DNA from: Candidatus Magasanikiibacteriota bacterium
GTDB taxonomy: Bacteria; Patescibacteriota; Patescibacteriia; Magasanikbacterales; UBA922
Length of the DNA: 64,000 nt
Reading direction: 5' to 3'
NCBI GenBank assembly: GCA_014729395.1
Contig: WJJZ01000001.1
Span: forward strand, 3,634-67,633
Each line of letters starts with the position of its first letter. The stretch's first letter is position 1. This document shows positions 13,701-21,556 of this stretch, piece after piece. The position numbers and the translations under genes are program-made. A model generated the notes under the pieces. The model ran no database searches and was not told the origin of the DNA. It was given only the letters and a program-made list of their open reading frames with translations.

Positions 13701-15533
13701 GATAAAATTGTTTCCTTGATCACCCCCAAAAGCACTCCCCAAAGCCAATATTTCTGTCCCGGGCAAAGCAAAATCAACCGGCACTTCAGGAGATTGCACT
13801 TTTGTTTTAACACTACAAAGACCCGGTCTTGAAATGTCATTTTTTAAAAATAAACCATTTCTCGGACCATTGATCGGACCATTATTATTTATAGTTGTGT
13901 CAATCAATAAATCACCATTCATAGGAGCGCTTACCCGTATAGCGCTTTCAGACCCAAGCGGCAACCGATTGTCATCAGGAACCGCAACCACTATCCAATC
14001 GTTTGTCCACACTTGTGTATCACCGCAATCAGCCAAATTGGCTTCAACCCAATCATCACCAACAGAAAACTCAACCGTACCGATAACAGATCCAAAATTT
14101 CTACCCAAAACGGTAACAAAATTATTTGACGCCCCCTCCCACGGATCAACGTCAAGAATTACAGGTAAGTCCACACATTGATTGGTCTCAGGATCACAAA
14201 AACCTGATGCGCAATCCGAGTCATCAATACAATCATCACCACCCTGCCCCAAACATTCGTCCTCATATTCGGGTGATATTGGCCTACCGGAAGCGTCGCA
14301 ATGCTCACCCACAATCACAAAAGAACTCGTATCAACTGAAAAATTATGATCAATATCATAACCGACAGCTTCAACTATAAATCTCTGTCTCGCTTCTGTG
14401 GTAGTCGGAATCGTATATGAGTATTCAAAGCTGTATGAATCAGAGGAATCATCTGATAATCTCGGACCATCATATAGCGTTAAACCGTTGTCGGGTGTAG
14501 AATCTTCTTTGTAAATTTGAACTCTTATAAAAGAATTGCCAAAATTATCATTCATTTCCACTTCTATGGGGTAAGACCGACCTCTTCGCAAAACAACACC
14601 GTCATTGATATCATTATTGATCGAAATTTCTCCCATAACGGGATTATCGATATCTATATTATTGTCAGTATCAACTCCAAAAATCGCGGTCCTTGGATAA
14701 GTTCCGCAACTGGTATCAATTTCCAAAGGATTGCCCGATTCGTCGATGACATCTTGATTTACTTCAACTCTATAAGCACCGGAGCTAAAACAGGTTTCTT
14801 GTCTTTCAGCTGAACATAACTCATCAGTGTCATATGTCGCTTCGACAATGGATCTATTGCCGTCAACATAAACAGCATCAATAGCTTGAACATCTGTACC
14901 ATCCTTTAATACTTCAAAAACATCTGAAGCGGCAACGGTTCCATCTAATTCACGGCTGAAAATGACACGAACAGCAATATTATTCATTTCCAAAGAAGCT
15001 GTATTCGGAGTAATGCTTTTTACTACAAAATGTCTGTCTTCACAATTAGGAAAATCCCCTCCTCCACAAATATCCGGGTGTAAATTGTAAAAATTTGGAT
15101 CACTACATCTGGGATCTACTGTTTCTCCACCCGGTGTAGTTGTGAAACCGGTGGCATCAGATAATCTATTTAGAACGAACTGAGTAATAGCAAATGATGA
15201 TAAAATAATTGCCAAACCAATAGCACCATTAATTAAAATCTTTTTGGCAGTACTGATTTTCTCTTCATTACCCCCTGAAGTCATAAAAACAAAACCACCG
15301 TACAAAACGATCAAAACTGCAATAATCCCTAAAAATGTCAAAATAGCCCTGATAATTTTTGCAATTGTTATTCTAATGTCTTGTGATCCCAAAGCTATAT
15401 TCTCTTCAACTTCAGTTATTCCCAGTGTATCAGCTTGGGCATTTACCGTCTGAGCGACTGCAAAAAAACCGCCAAATATGACAAGCAATAAGAGAAAAAT
15501 AATAATATTTTTTTTCAATTTTTTTACGGTCAT
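4695..15533 (-). CDS. Giant (3612 aa) surface protein: signal + VirB2/TrbC-like pilin, Ig-like (Big_5) and IPT/TIG domains, Cys-rich CGxG repeats, Fibrobacter succinogenes major (FISUMP) domain
   Basis: IIRAILTFLGIIAVLIVLYGGFVFMTSGGNEEKISTAKKILINGAIGLAII pilin motif; W(S/T)(D/N) TIG motifs; CGNGVLDPGEDCD repeats; IGSQCWMAENIN, GGLYRW, GICPVGWHIPTDEEW. Confidence 0.8.
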   Translation of the reverse strand: MTVKKLKKNIIIFLLLLVIFGGFFAVAQTVNAQADTLGITEVEENIALGSQDIRITIAKIIRAILTFLGIIAVLIVLYGGFVFMTSGGNEEKISTAKKILINGAIGLAIILSSFAITQFVLNRLSDATGFTTTPGGETVDPRCSDPNFYNLHPDICGGGDFPNCEDRHFVVKSITPNTASLEMNNIAVRVIFSRELDGTVAASDVFEVLKDGTDVQAIDAVYVDGNRSIVEATYDTDELCSAERQETCFSSGAYRVEVNQDVIDESGNPLEIDTSCGTYPRTAIFGVDTDNNIDIDNPVMGEISINNDINDGVVLRRGRSYPIEVEMNDNFGNSFIRVQIYKEDSTPDNGLTLYDGPRLSDDSSDSYSFEYSYTIPTTTEARQRFIVEAVGYDIDHNFSVDTSSFVIVGEHCDASGRPISPEYEDECLGQGGDDCIDDSDCASGFCDPETNQCVDLPVILDVDPWEGASNNFVTVLGRNFGSVIGTVEFSVGDDWVEANLADCGDTQVWTNDWIVVAVPDDNRLPLGSESAIRVSAPMNGDLLIDTTINNNGPINGPRNGLFLKNDISRPGLCSVKTKVQSPEVPVDFALPGTEILALGSAFGGDQGNNFIQFGNFRSQVSAWSDNSIDSSVPESLNPGEVAVKVSVNDVLSNGIPFTVLGDGDTDTEPVVESISPTVITPGSYLTIYGRNLGQNPGTVHLADTAGIACNDENCIPTETILPAVCGDTWSDEQIVVKIGEETAVGTYYLSVNVDGVLAQTDGVEALTVEDGAALPSICRLSPNTGPAPLPVGSEGLDITGINFGTSPVVYFWWKDANVQEVSNTWLSTLTPGDWLISASNNQIITLIPETNDNYSMETGPIRVGIEVDGQTILSNGVQYTVEDCRENPDSPISETHKCCTVGEDAGIWRPVGTACKGEVRSAGYTWRFTTGYMPQVPQVVEACEEDDWFDTDLQLEFPSPTPWERWRKGRQACLNSEIAVRFTLPMDQNSFTDNVLLYSCGNGEEIDCEENSVAIEDINLNYEEEVIRLSTTENLEPNTWYHVELLEGIRSLPQQSVLGVAEVPSQPLQITRPCGDGTAYCFDFKTGGELCTLTAAGMNPPEYITEILGELPFYYYLWGRGNQECSVLPVDGLGWDWTTDNNSAATIQVESDEYHTDTKAKGDAKAHTAPDSVQIIAQTDISTTTGGVLVENQIIASSTLIIDLQEPEVVDFWPDCAEACINTGFGVRFSRHMNPETYQNNIYLQKCSDELCNEVDETEIALDVPADNQNYFELHSYLLPLQVLEKDSWYKVTVRGGQTGIVSIGQFEPEQRDGKALPDDFSWKFRTKSDNVYCQINDIRLQPNPHVSNVIGEKTRYSAFSYGSPDTCNPYGQELNPWNYGWDWRSLDESVVDLSDFTLQGNPNSFCNLGCVPSGSDIQRDSYTRDPFLCGNGVLDPGEDCDIAKIGEEVGKSCTLNCLRPGSTGENCGNAEIETALGEECDPALNEFCNNNCTWSGSSTAEPQGNLDLPWCGSRDVTVGEDCDIGISLDDASFAGDLSLTGEYGCSNSCLHTGTPLSQAWCSNSAFSGSVECLNAVSVCGNGVLEDGEQCEIGINGITDNNCNDRCLFINVCDTPFSQCDSGVEGCTEECTLAGSSVSYSESSLCGDAVVGIGESSDCELEVLDANLQAGLNPIQVATAIGEGVVDEETLRQFAKIEAEAVMQRTSTTPINLPAGTVVGDADYYLQCGYTEYDSPRDGLYNDCADNSDNIYGVAENSCCFERLSRIDEYPESGSNSICRNSLISVTFDGEIDDDTLSGNLIIASGSDDQDFDCTEQGQQNVTGVVNGALAYNQSDSFFARLWHRVKNFFLEFFGDESYAAIETWCSGAISTRPEVSYSYLPDGTVGSSTVSIYLEDLLDPETTYAVLLTGGGDGIRDTRGVGIKNPENSNISDAWQFRTGSDICKLKAVEAVPDSHLFYAPQQEYNFIAMAISETPTGIEQEIVRIPGVYYWEWAWGPNDSRVFSIPVEGDNSNAETVNIASREVEGYETGVLSAKITVDIDSQNNQTGLIFTDLFDLTAMFCEKPWPERMGDLWRPYDVFEREGYYFTMSYCLDAGVSGVTFDDLPFIRPVDIDQEIELAEDTQKQVLFFNDKNDDVIGVQIFSNPDFLNINEWYSSKGFENVDNMRRVEVDGYQGLADDNNFYINAYNLTGEEATGDSTIYRNVYLFSININASQETRQVFEQLINSLKFNTNMSDLRYCTPVDGGDPAGFCLNDFDCPSMEVEQTIECPPEFTCGDQLDYQGQSYGTLQIGSQCWMAENINIGTMINSSQAQTDNNIIEKYCLENNETNCNNFGGLYRWDESMNYSNISGSRGICPVGWHIPTDEEWKILEEQEGMCEGLGPGPEGELCSDDVGFRGTNQGELLKVGGASNFNAVANGFTDLSGLFGNPAISFYWSSRSSLVGNWVRKFVSNIPTIHRLSLEGDYGSYIRCIKDNSVPPQCEDQDAGLIDMECNADRTEFLRDLDRLEDISGAQRNLDIYRSQNGTYPFLSSGTFIPGYTVSKWPSWGNRLGSDIQGVAVDPVNQWTGCEAVDPNVEVNTCWNAEQSKYICPQEMSVYEYEYESNENYIFHAPLEFLSLNNSIIDRYGINRGRFDTEPYCVPNQTHTPEGGVCGDSVVNAGESCDPPGRVDAANCRICTDQCTWQPTECPGVGICGNGVVDQGELCDDGELNGSYGHCGEDCNALSGLGYCGDTVFQEEYEFCDWSMRPLWGQYAFEMEKSCSIDCQGYGGYCGDNLVQPDYETCDDGNLDNFDGCSEQCERENNSCYNAGPYLTTSTADNSTDIYISRGNYDVFDSSSGDYEGQAIPECTSNITGNQICHSYGLSCDQVLERYGKLDEFNILVYYTRCYGSGYDCNNSCSVELNITNSNGYRVECEGVYEGPVQQGVEAENIGACGDNVVQAPNNEGVMEACDLGSQNGIPCQPEYGQNCTYCSADCRNVLFREPTAYCGDGIVQAENGEKCETVGENIIVSDEVCSQTVAPSFVRRLNDGKVRVQYYPEMLENSEDNMNAICSWLDEDLDDPKVIACKLLVLSLVHLSSEADLEDMLGYHCSEDPSIICDPNDQTTCLAPDDGLILDLKEEDYSNNISNYITNDVQFYGECLPNYTLCNENNVLTCTDLGSVSCSESCQKLDNNCVECTASLDQNINTIANMAFLNPITGGGVPQSTLGEGTNWWAFPERNFDGLQHVLMYRWYDPDRDGIEDGYTFGWRRLGSTGNGSTPIYFDYTIQEALRNSGSSENLSGEKVRLESDALCVDEYKLYFSPLEIKKSPAVNLNIYNRDQLLNYGDLFSYPVSGQTGPIEHEYIVSPAVPDNVFRVVVRWTDKEDDRNVIFNGVLYSQIFDKNAEDLEERKALIKNLSEAISDTTNPADPWYCDQMEQTTYKEEAEYNSTEFNHGRYFWPTACNPYTVIRPSDDFTRDQSRLLFVHPVQSLDKTFIQAMTIDTNGWYYLNRTFEVRPPIAFFVEAIGSLGEVPISNFTNSNLTVDIYTFHEGQVPAHSVYKPITSFSIKSAQSSSNPTARYWHVFNLEWKSENLEFDWRISPVQQIQTGFCDVLNDTPNTICTP

Positions 15534-15548
15534 CAGATTAATTAAAAT

Positions 15549-17585
15549 TTATGGCACTAAACTTCTAAGGTAGTCCAAACATTGTTCATTGTCAGGTACA
15601 ACACTTGCACCTTCATCCATAGTTTGAGCACAACCCGTATCATTTTCTTCGTCAAAACTGACATTTACACAATTTACAGTCTCAATAATATTCCCAAATT
15701 CATCTTCTACCACTTGACATTCGTTCATTTCGGCCGGTCCTCTTCCCGGGTATAGACATTGTTGGTTAAGAGATTTCACTGTACTCGGTATCGTTGGAAA
15801 ATAGAATAAATCCAAATTGTTGGCACCAAATTCACGGTGGGTTATATATAAATCACTTCCCCCGTCTTCTGTAATCTCCGTATAAGTGTGAAACCATATA
15901 TCATCCAAGCACTCATCCGGATCGTCCGGCAAACAGTAATTTGCCGGATATTCTTCTAAAACTACATCCGAAAACGTACTTGACCACATTTCTTTGTTAA
16001 AGTGAACAATAATAGGTGTATTAGCCGGTACGTTTTCTGCGTCAACCGGCGGAGTGATTTCACTAATGAATGGGATTGATCTATCTATGTTATTTTGGAC
16101 AATAAAACGCCAAAGATAATTATCCGCTTCTTGTTCTTCTCCGGATATTTCTCTATTATCGGGTACATTCGGCTTTCCATCGACCACACCATCAGCATTT
16201 CCGTCCAATGCATTTCCCGCCATATCCATAACTCCGGAAAAAGGTACGGCTTCGAACGAGTCCTCTGAATAGATTTGTGCAGTTCTAATTAAAGCCAAAT
16301 AAAAATTCAAGCATTCACTATCGTTTACAGCACAGTCAAATATAGGCAGACAATACATTGCATCTCCACAACTATTTGTACCGCACTGTTCTGCTGAAAC
16401 AAATTCAACTGTTTTATAACTATTGGTTAACGACCATTTACCTGCCGGAAGATCTTGGGAATTTTCAGCCGCATCCAATATTATATTTGTAAAATTTTCA
16501 GTTAAACCCTGAACCGCTGTAGGATCCATAGCTTCACTAAAATCAATTCTAATGATACTGTTTCTGGAAACAGTTCTTTCGTTTCTAGGATAAACCCGTG
16601 ATACTGTCGGAGGATCAAAATCAATGTTTGAACCTGTTTCAAATTCCCATAAATAGTGACCGCTTCTCTCATTTACAAAAGCACTTGTTTCTCCATCTTC
16701 AATTAAAATATTCTCAGTCAGATCCACACTATACCAAGTATCCGGTTCCAGCATTTCCAAAGGACGTAAAACAAAAGTATATGTACTGCTGGCATCTCCT
16801 TCATAAGAAGCCATAGCCGCGGCCGGCAATAATTCAACCGTTCCCGTGGTTGAACGATAAAGTCTGACAGCATTTTGATTTAATTGGTCACAATCAAGCG
16901 ACCAATCCAATATACCATCGTCCGGAACAATACAATCTCCAATAATTCCATTTTGATTGCTATCTTCAATTAAACTGCTGGCGTCAATCGCTTCTCTGAA
17001 TGTAAAAGCGATTTTGGTATTTCTTTTTACATCTGTTTGATTGCGTTCGGGATAATGATCTTTAACGATTCTACCGAGAGAACCACTACCGGAAAAAGTA
17101 TTAAAAGCAGGCCTGGTAATACCGCCTCCTCCTCCGGGAAAAGCTCCCGTAGCCCTCTGCAGACTGCTTAATACAAATTGAGTTATGGCAAAAGCCGACA
17201 AAATAATCGCAAGACCAATAGCACCGTTTATTAGTAATTTTTTACCACGCGCCACCTTTTCTTCATTTCCGGCCGAAGTCATTATTGTAAAACCCGCATA
17301 TATAACAATAATAAGAGCTATTATTCCCAAAAATCCTAAAACTGCTCTTATAATCCTGGCTATTATTATTCGAATATCACCTCCACCCAGGTTTAAACCG
17401 CTCTCGTCAACAATCTCCACCCCCAAAGCATCCCCTTCTGTCTGAGCGTTCACAATATCAAAATTTACAACAAAAAAAGTAAATATTAATAAAAAAATAC
17501 CTACTATCAAAACTATAGCAGTAATTTTCCTATTTTTATTAAATTGTCGAATCCGATAAGGTAGCATGGAAACCTCAGGACTCAT
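15549..17585 (-). CDS. Pilin-anchored protein with Big_5 Ig-like domains, paralogous to the N-terminus of the giant protein
   Basis: Same pilin motif (IIVIYAGFTIMTSAGNEEKVARGKKLLINGAIGLAII); FSEAMDP and WEFETG Big_5 signatures. Confidence 0.75.
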   Translation of the reverse strand: MSPEVSMLPYRIRQFNKNRKITAIVLIVGIFLLIFTFFVVNFDIVNAQTEGDALGVEIVDESGLNLGGGDIRIIIARIIRAVLGFLGIIALIIVIYAGFTIMTSAGNEEKVARGKKLLINGAIGLAIILSAFAITQFVLSSLQRATGAFPGGGGGITRPAFNTFSGSGSLGRIVKDHYPERNQTDVKRNTKIAFTFREAIDASSLIEDSNQNGIIGDCIVPDDGILDWSLDCDQLNQNAVRLYRSTTGTVELLPAAAMASYEGDASSTYTFVLRPLEMLEPDTWYSVDLTENILIEDGETSAFVNERSGHYLWEFETGSNIDFDPPTVSRVYPRNERTVSRNSIIRIDFSEAMDPTAVQGLTENFTNIILDAAENSQDLPAGKWSLTNSYKTVEFVSAEQCGTNSCGDAMYCLPIFDCAVNDSECLNFYLALIRTAQIYSEDSFEAVPFSGVMDMAGNALDGNADGVVDGKPNVPDNREISGEEQEADNYLWRFIVQNNIDRSIPFISEITPPVDAENVPANTPIIVHFNKEMWSSTFSDVVLEEYPANYCLPDDPDECLDDIWFHTYTEITEDGGSDLYITHREFGANNLDLFYFPTIPSTVKSLNQQCLYPGRGPAEMNECQVVEDEFGNIIETVNCVNVSFDEENDTGCAQTMDEGASVVPDNEQCLDYLRSLVP

Positions 17586-17622
17586 AAATTAAATGCGAAT
17601 TTTATTTGGTATAAAAAAACGC

Positions 17623-18072
17623 TTATTTGTTTTCTATTTTTTTCATTACAATCTCTCGAACAACAGATCCGTCAGCTGATGAACCAATCTTACTCATGAC
17701 CGCGCCCATTACCGGGCCCGGACTTAAGCTATCTTCACTTTTCATTTTTTCAATTTCTTCATCAACTATTTTTTCTATTTGCTCAGAACTTATCTGCTTA
17801 GGTAGATATTCTGACAAAAAATCAATTTCTTTTTCTGTTTTTGCAGCCAAATCAGCTCTGTCGCCTGATTTAAAATCAACAAGTGAATCTTTAAGTTGTT
17901 TCACTTGCTTTTTAGCTACTTTTTCCACATCTTTATCATCTAAAGATTCTTTCTTGTCAATCTCTTCATTTCTAATGGCCGACCAAAACATCCTTAAAGT
18001 GGATAACTTGTCATTATCCCCTTTCTTTAGGGCTGATTTAATATCAGCTTGTATTTTTTCTCTTAAAGTCAT
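17623..18072 (-). CDS. yqeY: GatB/YqeY domain protein
   Basis: LSTLRM...NEEI, KEIDFLSEYLPKQ, GPVMGAVM...ADG; downstream of rpsU. Confidence 0.9.
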   Translation of the reverse strand: MTLREKIQADIKSALKKGDNDKLSTLRMFWSAIRNEEIDKKESLDDKDVEKVAKKQVKQLKDSLVDFKSGDRADLAAKTEKEIDFLSEYLPKQISSEQIEKIVDEEIEKMKSEDSLSPGPVMGAVMSKIGSSADGSVVREIVMKKIENK

Positions 18073-18075
18073 GGT

Positions 18076-18312
18076 TTATCTGGTAAATTTATCTTCTTCA
18101 GGAAGTTTACCAATTTTACGCAAATAATTGGTTTTACTAATTATCTGTCCTCTTTTTACCGCCTCTTTCTTCTTCATATTCTTACTTTTCTTTGGATCGT
18201 AAAATTGAATTTTCCTAGCTTGTAGTAACTTACCGGATTGAAGCCAGCGCTTTTTAACTCTACGCATAAAGACTTCAAAAGACTCTCCTTTTCTTCTTTT
18301 TACTTCTGACAC
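18076..18312 (-). CDS. rpsU: 30S ribosomal protein bS21 (likely start GTG at 18312)
   Basis: EVKRRKGESFEVFMRRVKKR; rpsU-yqeY synteny; SD AGGAGGTGA 5 nt upstream of GTG 18312. Confidence 0.85.
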   Translation of the reverse strand: MSEVKRRKGESFEVFMRRVKKRWLQSGKLLQARKIQFYDPKKSKNMKKKEAVKRGQIISKTNYLRKIGKLPEEDKFTR

Positions 18313-18317
18313 AAATT

Positions 18318-18327
18318 TCACCTCCTC
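18318..18327 (-). promoter_or_regulatory. Extended Shine-Dalgarno of rpsU
   Basis: GAGGAGGTGA; 9 nt complementary to the 16S 3' tail UCACCUCCU encoded at ~51689-51697. Confidence 0.85.
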
Positions 18328-18415
18328 GTGAAAAATTATTCGATTTATTAAAAATATTTCTGGTCTATTTGACCACCAAATATTGCCTAAATTATAAAAG
18401 ATTTTTTCGATTCAG

Positions 18416-19921
18416 TCAAATATTTTTACCATGTTTATCAAATATATCCGCAACCTTTTTCATCATCTGAGATTGATCTATAATTTCCTGTATTCCCGAA
18501 TCCATATCCCTTACTATTAAAGTTCCATCCTGAATCTCTTTTTGGCCTAAAATAAAGCAATATTTAACTCCGAATTTATTTGCCAACTCCAGTTGTGATT
18601 TCAGTGAATGTTTGGCCAGATTATGCTTTACCGCATAACCTTGTTTGCGCAACTCTTCAATCATCTTTAGGGCGCCTCTTCTTGCCAATTCACCCAATTG
18701 AGCAAAATATATCGGATTACTGACTTCTTTTTTTTCTTCATTTTCTTCTTTGTTCTCTTTTTTCTTCATAACCGAAACAATCCTCTCCAAACCCAGGGCA
18801 AATCCACATCCAGGAGTTTCCTGACCGCCAATCTGCTCAGACAATCCATTATACCTTCCTCCACCACCCAGAGCATTTTGCGATTTCTGTTCCTCGTCTT
18901 CTTCGTAAAACTCAAAAACCGTATCAGTATAATAATCCAAACCTCGAACCAAAGTTGATTGTAAAACATAAGGAACTTCCAACTCATCCAAATATTCCAA
19001 AACTTTCATAAAAAAATCTTTAGGCTTATCACTTAACCAATCGATTATTTGTGGTGCCTCTTCTATCACCGGCTGACATTGTTCTTGTTTGCAATCTAAA
19101 ACTCGTAAAGGGTTTTTATTGATTCTTCTTTTGCAATCATCACATAGATATCCACGTTTTGAACGCAAATACCCAACCAGTTCAATTATATAATTTTGAC
19201 GATCATCAAGTGTGCCAATACTATTAACATGGACTGTTGTATTAATACCCAAATCCTTTAAAAAATTATATGCGATAATAATCAGCTCTGCGTCGATTAC
19301 CGGATCATGTCCCCCTATTGACTCACACCCAAATTGATGAAATTGCCTGAACCTGCCGGCTTGTGGACGATCATGTCTGAACATTGGTCCCAAATACCAA
19401 ACCTTTACCGGTTGCGGAAGAGTCTGCATGCCATGACTGATATAAGACCTCATTACAGATGCGGTAGCCTCCGGTCTAAGGGCTATTTTTGTCTTATCTC
19501 TATCCTCAAATATATACATTTCTTTATCAACCACATCCGTTCCTCTGCCAATTGAACGCACAAAGAGACTGGCTTCCTCCATTATTGGTGTTTCGATTTT
19601 CCCATATCCATAAACATTGGATATACTCTCTGCTTCATGCCTCATTTTTAACCAATACTCCTCATCTTTTGGTAATAAATCTTTCATCCCTCTAAGAAGT
19701 GAAGGGGTTTTTGCTTTTTTATTAACTCTTATATCACCGGCAGTTTTCATTTTTTTAGTAGCGGCGGTTTTTTTTGCGGTCTTTTTCTTCTTTTTTGTTG
19801 TTGTCTTTCGCTTCGTCTTCTTTTTTGCCGGAGTTTTTTTCTTTGTGGTTTTTTTTCTGGCCGGCTTTCTTTTGGTGGTCTTTTTCTTTGTTGTTTTGGA
19901 TTTTGTTTTTTTTCTTGGCAT
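18416..19921 (-). CDS. hisS: Histidine--tRNA ligase with ~70-aa Lys/Thr-rich N-terminal extension
   Basis: RGMKD, LRPEATA, FRHDRPQAGRFRQFHQ, LVRGLDYY, GGGGRYNGL. Confidence 0.97.
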   Translation of the reverse strand: MPRKKTKSKTTKKKTTKRKPARKKTTKKKTPAKKKTKRKTTTKKKKKTAKKTAATKKMKTAGDIRVNKKAKTPSLLRGMKDLLPKDEEYWLKMRHEAESISNVYGYGKIETPIMEEASLFVRSIGRGTDVVDKEMYIFEDRDKTKIALRPEATASVMRSYISHGMQTLPQPVKVWYLGPMFRHDRPQAGRFRQFHQFGCESIGGHDPVIDAELIIIAYNFLKDLGINTTVHVNSIGTLDDRQNYIIELVGYLRSKRGYLCDDCKRRINKNPLRVLDCKQEQCQPVIEEAPQIIDWLSDKPKDFFMKVLEYLDELEVPYVLQSTLVRGLDYYTDTVFEFYEEDEEQKSQNALGGGGRYNGLSEQIGGQETPGCGFALGLERIVSVMKKKENKEENEEKKEVSNPIYFAQLGELARRGALKMIEELRKQGYAVKHNLAKHSLKSQLELANKFGVKYCFILGQKEIQDGTLIVRDMDSGIQEIIDQSQMMKKVADIFDKHGKNI

Positions 19922-19942
19922 AATAATTATAAAAATTGAAAA

Positions 19943-20599
19943 TTATAAATTGTAGTTGGGACTATCCAGAATATCAAACCTATTAAAGGGCCAACCTCGA
20001 AGCCAGGCTCTGCCCACTATTTCGTTTTTACTTACCGGGCCAAAACGTCTTGAGTCAAAACTGGCATCCCTATTATCACCCATCACAAAATATTGACCGG
20101 GCCCGAGAGCGATGGTGACTGAACCGGGAGTCACTTCTTCAAGATAAATTTCCTCAACAACAATACCCTGAGGGTGATCTTGGTTAAAAATTATTACCTT
20201 ATTATCTTCAACCTTGACTCTTTCACCCGGCAGTCCAATTATTCTTTTCAGATAATAATCTTTATCGCCGATTGGTGCCTTAAAGACAACCACTTCTCCA
20301 CGCATCGGTTCACGGAAACGATAACTTATTTCATCAATAATTAAATACTCTCTTTCAAAAAAATTAGGTTGCATTGATTCACCTTTGACATAAAAAGGTT
20401 TAAACAAAAAATATCGTACAAGGACTATGGTAATACCGGCCAGTATGACAATCTTTACCAATTCAAGGAAAAACAATCCAATCGTTGCCAGCACACCCTT
20501 TTCCACATCCGAGACTACTTTATTTTGTTCTGTCTCGTTTTTTATTTCAATTTCTTCAGTATCGATGTCATGCTCTTTTTTTTCTTCATTTTTTGGCAT
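19943..20599 (-). CDS. lepB: Signal peptidase I
   Basis: GESMQPN, YLKRIIGLPGE, MGDNRDASFDSR. Confidence 0.95.
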   Translation of the reverse strand: MPKNEEKKEHDIDTEEIEIKNETEQNKVVSDVEKGVLATIGLFFLELVKIVILAGITIVLVRYFLFKPFYVKGESMQPNFFEREYLIIDEISYRFREPMRGEVVVFKAPIGDKDYYLKRIIGLPGERVKVEDNKVIIFNQDHPQGIVVEEIYLEEVTPGSVTIALGPGQYFVMGDNRDASFDSRRFGPVSKNEIVGRAWLRGWPFNRFDILDSPNYNL

Positions 20600-20693
20600 A
20601 AAGTAGGTAAATATAATACTATTTTACTGATAGATTATACACCAAAAATCAATAAAATGCAAATAAAAAAACCACTCGTAAAAAAGGGTTTTG

Positions 20694-20767
20694 TGGGCAA
20701 TCCAGGAATCGAACCTGGGACCTCAACATTATCAGTGTTGCGCTCTAACCAACTGAGCTAATTGCCC
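20694..20767 (-). tRNA. tRNA-Ile(GAT), CCA not encoded
   Basis: GGGCAATTAGCTCAGTTGGTTAGAGCG CAACAC-T-GAT-AA-TGTTG ... GTTCGATTC cloverleaf. Confidence 0.95.
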
Positions 20768-20798
20768 TTTTTTATAACTTTGTATTTTAATTGCCCAG

Positions 20799-20872
20799 TG
20801 GGTCTGAGCCGATTTGAACGGCTGACCTCTACGATGTCAACGTAGCGCTCTAACCAACTGAGCTACAGACCC
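20799..20872 (-). tRNA. tRNA-Val(GAC), CCA not encoded
   Basis: GGGTCTGTAGCTCAGTTGGTTAGAGCG CTACG-TT-GAC-AT-CGTAG ... GTTCAAATC. Confidence 0.95.
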
Positions 20873-21007
20873 CTTTTATTTCTAAAATCGGACTCTCAGC
20901 AACTGAAATATGCAATCAAACTTTTAAATAAACCGGGTGCTTGCCCGCCACAATGACACAAAAGCGGAAGCTATAGACCCTATTTATTGTCACTTAAACT
21001 GCTTAAC

Positions 21008-21036
21008 ATAATATACAAAAAAAACAAAAAAGTCAA
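21008..21036 (-). promoter_or_regulatory. Sigma70 promoter for tRNA-Val/Ile
   Basis: TTGACT-17-TATTAT. Confidence 0.6.
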
Positions 21037-21039
21037 GAA

Positions 21040-21078
21040 AAAAAACACCCCGTCAAAGACGGAGTGGTTTTGTTTTTT
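21040..21078 (-). terminator. Intrinsic terminator after khpA
   Basis: CACTCCGTC TTT GACGGGGTG followed by a T-run. Confidence 0.75.
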
Positions 21079-21085
21079 GAAGTGT

Positions 21086-21400
21086 TTAGATCTGTAGATC
21101 ATCAACTGCACTTGTATCCACATCATCCATTGAAGAAGCTTTTGGACCACGACCACCTTCCGGTTCGTTGATCTTTAGATTAACGCGAGCGTTATTCTTT
21201 GCTCCAACAATTTTAAGCAATGTGCGAATAGCACGAGCAGTTTGACCTTGACGACCGATGACATATCCCATATCGCTTGGATTTACATCCAAAGTGATTA
21301 GAACGCCACGTTCATCAATCGTTCTTTCAGTCTTTACGTCATCCGGATTATTTACAATCGCTTTGACAACGTAATCAATAAATTCTTGATCTTTTTCCAT
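21086..21400 (-). CDS. khpA: KH-domain RNA-binding protein KhpA
   Basis: DMGYVIGRQGQTARAIRTLL; downstream of rpsP. Confidence 0.9.
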   Translation of the reverse strand: MEKDQEFIDYVVKAIVNNPDDVKTERTIDERGVLITLDVNPSDMGYVIGRQGQTARAIRTLLKIVGAKNNARVNLKINEPEGGRGPKASSMDDVDTSAVDDLQI

Positions 21401-21489
21401 AATACATTAATTACAACTCAAACTGATTTTCTTATTTATAGACTGTCGACACTGTGAGATCTAAATCTCACCAGTTCTATGGTAGCAAT

Positions 21490-21518
21490 ATTATATCACA
21501 AAAAATGCCTATTGTCAA
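21490..21518 (-). promoter_or_regulatory. Consensus sigma70 promoter for khpA
   Basis: TTGACA-17-TATAAT just after the rpsP terminator-like hairpin (21525-21552). Confidence 0.7.
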
Positions 21519-21556
21519 TCCTTGAAAAAACCGCCCCTTGAAGGGACGGTTGCTCT

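Noticed and set aside
4695-15533. Numerous short antisense ORFs within the giant gene
   Set aside because: Shadow ORFs without motifs or initiation signals
20885-20990. Fragments resembling the tRNA-Val 5' end (ctctcagcaactga, agctatagaccc)
   Set aside because: Too short and degenerate to call a tRNA pseudogene or att site; no integrase nearby
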